DNA of 63,141 bases, counting the filler. It is 13 parts of 13 records of this genome, joined end to end, with 100 filler letters (N's around TTAATTAATTAA, not from the genome) between each part and the next. Parts side by side here need not be neighbours in the genome. Positions count along the whole stretch, not along the records: positions 59,959 to 63,141 come from SRR11831586_63; 12 more parts are not named here. One strand, written 5' to 3'. Below, in pieces: positions 61,576-63,141 of this stretch (position 1 is the first letter of the stretch; each line of letters starts with the position of its first letter). The notes under the pieces were generated by a model, which worked only from the letters and a program-made list of their open reading frames with translations, had not been told where the DNA came from and did not search any database. The position numbers and the translations under genes are program-made.

Positions 61576-61974
61576 ATGCATATACTGGATTCACTTCTTG
61601 CCTTTAGCGCCTATTTTTTTATTGGCGTGGCTATGGTGATTATTTTTCTGTTTATCTATTCTAAAATTACACCGCACAACGAATGGCAGTTAATCAAAAA
61701 CAATAATACCGCGGCGTCACTGGCGTTCAGCGGTACATTGTTGGGTTACGTTATCCCCTTATCCAGTGCGGCAATCAATGCGGTGAGTATTCCAGACTAT
61801 TTCGCCTGGGGCGGGATTGCACTGGTGATTCAGTTACTCGTTTTTGCTGGTGTCAGACTTTATATGCCCGCATTAAGCGAAAAAATTATTAATCACAATA
61901 CCGCAGCAGGAATGTTTATGGGAACCGCCGCGCTGGCTGGCGGTATTTTTAACGCAGCTTGTATGACATGGTAA
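61576..61974 (+). CDS. yjfL: DUF350 inner membrane protein
   Basis: 4 TM with an internal NxAA repeat; 132 aa. Confidence 0.92.
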   Translation: MHILDSLLAFSAYFFIGVAMVIIFLFIYSKITPHNEWQLIKNNNTAASLAFSGTLLGYVIPLSSAAINAVSIPDYFAWGGIALVIQLLVFAGVRLYMPALSEKIINHNTAAGMFMGTAALAGGIFNAACMTW

Positions 61975-61983
61975 TGGACGATC

Positions 61984-62622
61984 ATGGCCAGAAAACGCAA
62001 ATCAAGAAATAACAGTAAAATTGGTCACGGAGCGATTAGTCGCATTGGTAGACCGAATAATCCTTTTGAACCGTGCCGCAATCGCTACGCACAAAAATAC
62101 TTAACGTTGGCGCTAATGGGCGGTGCCGCTTTTTTCGTATTGAAAGGTTGTAGCGATAGTAGCGATGTCGATAACGACGGCGACGGAACGTTTTACGCGA
62201 CAGTGCAGGATTGTATTGATGACGGTAATAATGCCGACATTTGCGCGCGTGGCTGGAACAACGCCAAAACGGCATTTTATGCCGATGTTCCGAAGAATAT
62301 GACTCAGCAGAACTGTCAGTCTAAGTACGAAAATTGCTACTACGACAATGTTGAACAGAGTTGGATCCCGGTCGTTTCTGGATTTTTGTTAAGCCGGGTT
62401 ATTCGTAAAGATCGCGATGAGCCGTTTGTTTATAACAGCGGCGGTTCCTCTTTTGCTTCGCGCCCAGTCTGGCGCAGCACTTCTGGTGATTACTCCTGGC
62501 GCTCCGGTTCTGGCAAAAAAGAGTCTTACTCTTCGGGCGGCTTTACCACCAAAAAAGCGTCTACCGTTTCTCGCGGCGGCTATGGTCGTTCTTCCAGCGC
62601 CCGTGGGCATTGGGGAGGCTAA
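61984..62622 (+). CDS. yjfM: DUF1190 membrane-anchored protein
   Basis: Basic N terminus, TM ending LKGC, Cys pairs, and a Gly/Ser/Arg tail ending GHWGG. Confidence 0.92.
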   Translation: MARKRKSRNNSKIGHGAISRIGRPNNPFEPCRNRYAQKYLTLALMGGAAFFVLKGCSDSSDVDNDGDGTFYATVQDCIDDGNNADICARGWNNAKTAFYADVPKNMTQQNCQSKYENCYYDNVEQSWIPVVSGFLLSRVIRKDRDEPFVYNSGGSSFASRPVWRSTSGDYSWRSGSGKKESYSSGGFTTKKASTVSRGGYGRSSSARGHWGG

Positions 62623-62624
62623 TC

Positions 62625-63141
62625 ATGCTGAGACACAACGTTCCTGTGCGACGGGATCTGGACCAGATCGCCGCTGACAACGGTTTCGACTTTCATATCA
62701 TCGACAATGAAATCTATTGGGATGAGAGTCGGGCTTACCGTTTTACTCTGCGCCAGATTGAAGAGCAGATCGAAAAACCGACTGCGGAACTGCATCAGAT
62801 GTGCCTTGAGGTGGTGGATCGCGCGGTAAAAGATGAAGAGATCCTGACGCAACTGGCGATCCCGCCGTTGTACTGGGATGTGATCGCTGAAAGCTGGCGC
62901 GCCCGCGATCCTTCGCTGTATGGACGGATGGATTTTGCCTGGTGTGGCAATGCGCCGGTGAAGCTGCTGGAGTACAACGCCGATACGCCAACTTCATTGT
63001 ACGAGTCGGCTTATTTCCAGTGGCTGTGGCTGGAGGATGCCCGGCGCAGCGGCATTATTCCGCGTGATGCCGATCAGTACAATGCTATTCAGGAACGCCT
63101 GATTTCACGCTTTAGCGAGCTTTACAGTCGGGAACCGTTTA
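62625..63141 (+). CDS. yjfC: Glutathionylspermidine-synthase-like ATP-grasp ligase (3' truncated)
   Basis: YWDE..Y, LYGRMDF and KLLEYNADTPTSLYE. Confidence 0.95.
   Translation, partial: MLRHNVPVRRDLDQIAADNGFDFHIIDNEIYWDESRAYRFTLRQIEEQIEKPTAELHQMCLEVVDRAVKDEEILTQLAIPPLYWDVIAESWRARDPSLYGRMDFAWCGNAPVKLLEYNADTPTSLYESAYFQWLWLEDARRSGIIPRDADQYNAIQERLISRFSELYSREPF

Overview
This window is not a natural locus. It is 13 assembly contigs joined by an identical 100-bp linker (44 N + TTAATTAATTAA + 44 N). Contigs 1-3 (1-8298) come from an unidentified microbial eukaryote with spliceosomal introns and TG/CA microsatellites. They carry fragments of an ABCA transporter, an OSCA/TMEM63-like channel, a Sec14/CRAL-TRIO protein and an unidentified helical protein, plus a full-length RPB9 with one homopolymer frameshift. 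Contigs 4-13 (8399-63141) are non-adjacent pieces of an Escherichia coli chromosome that looks K-12-like: pgpB-lapAB-pyrF; chbB-nadE-cho-spy-astE; yfbONML; agaBCDI; a CP4-6 cryptic prophage piece; zntA-ftsYEX-rpoH-livJ; ppnN-sdaCB-fuc; rsmC-holD-prfC-osmY-yjjUV; ydcSTUV; and yjfIJKLMC. The E. coli DNA is most plausibly a food bacterium or contaminant. No clearly new system can be proven from the sequence. The best leads are the yjf operon (PspA/ESCRT-III-like protein plus an ATP-grasp ligase next to a membrane protein ending in Gly-Gly), YfbN (tandem EF-Ts-N-like repeats on a possible DMP19-like domain), the eukaryotic OSCA channel with a long Cys-rich ectodomain, a probable GC-AG intron, and a frameshifted fucP. 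Gene names come from recognising sequence and gene order from memory; no database search was run.
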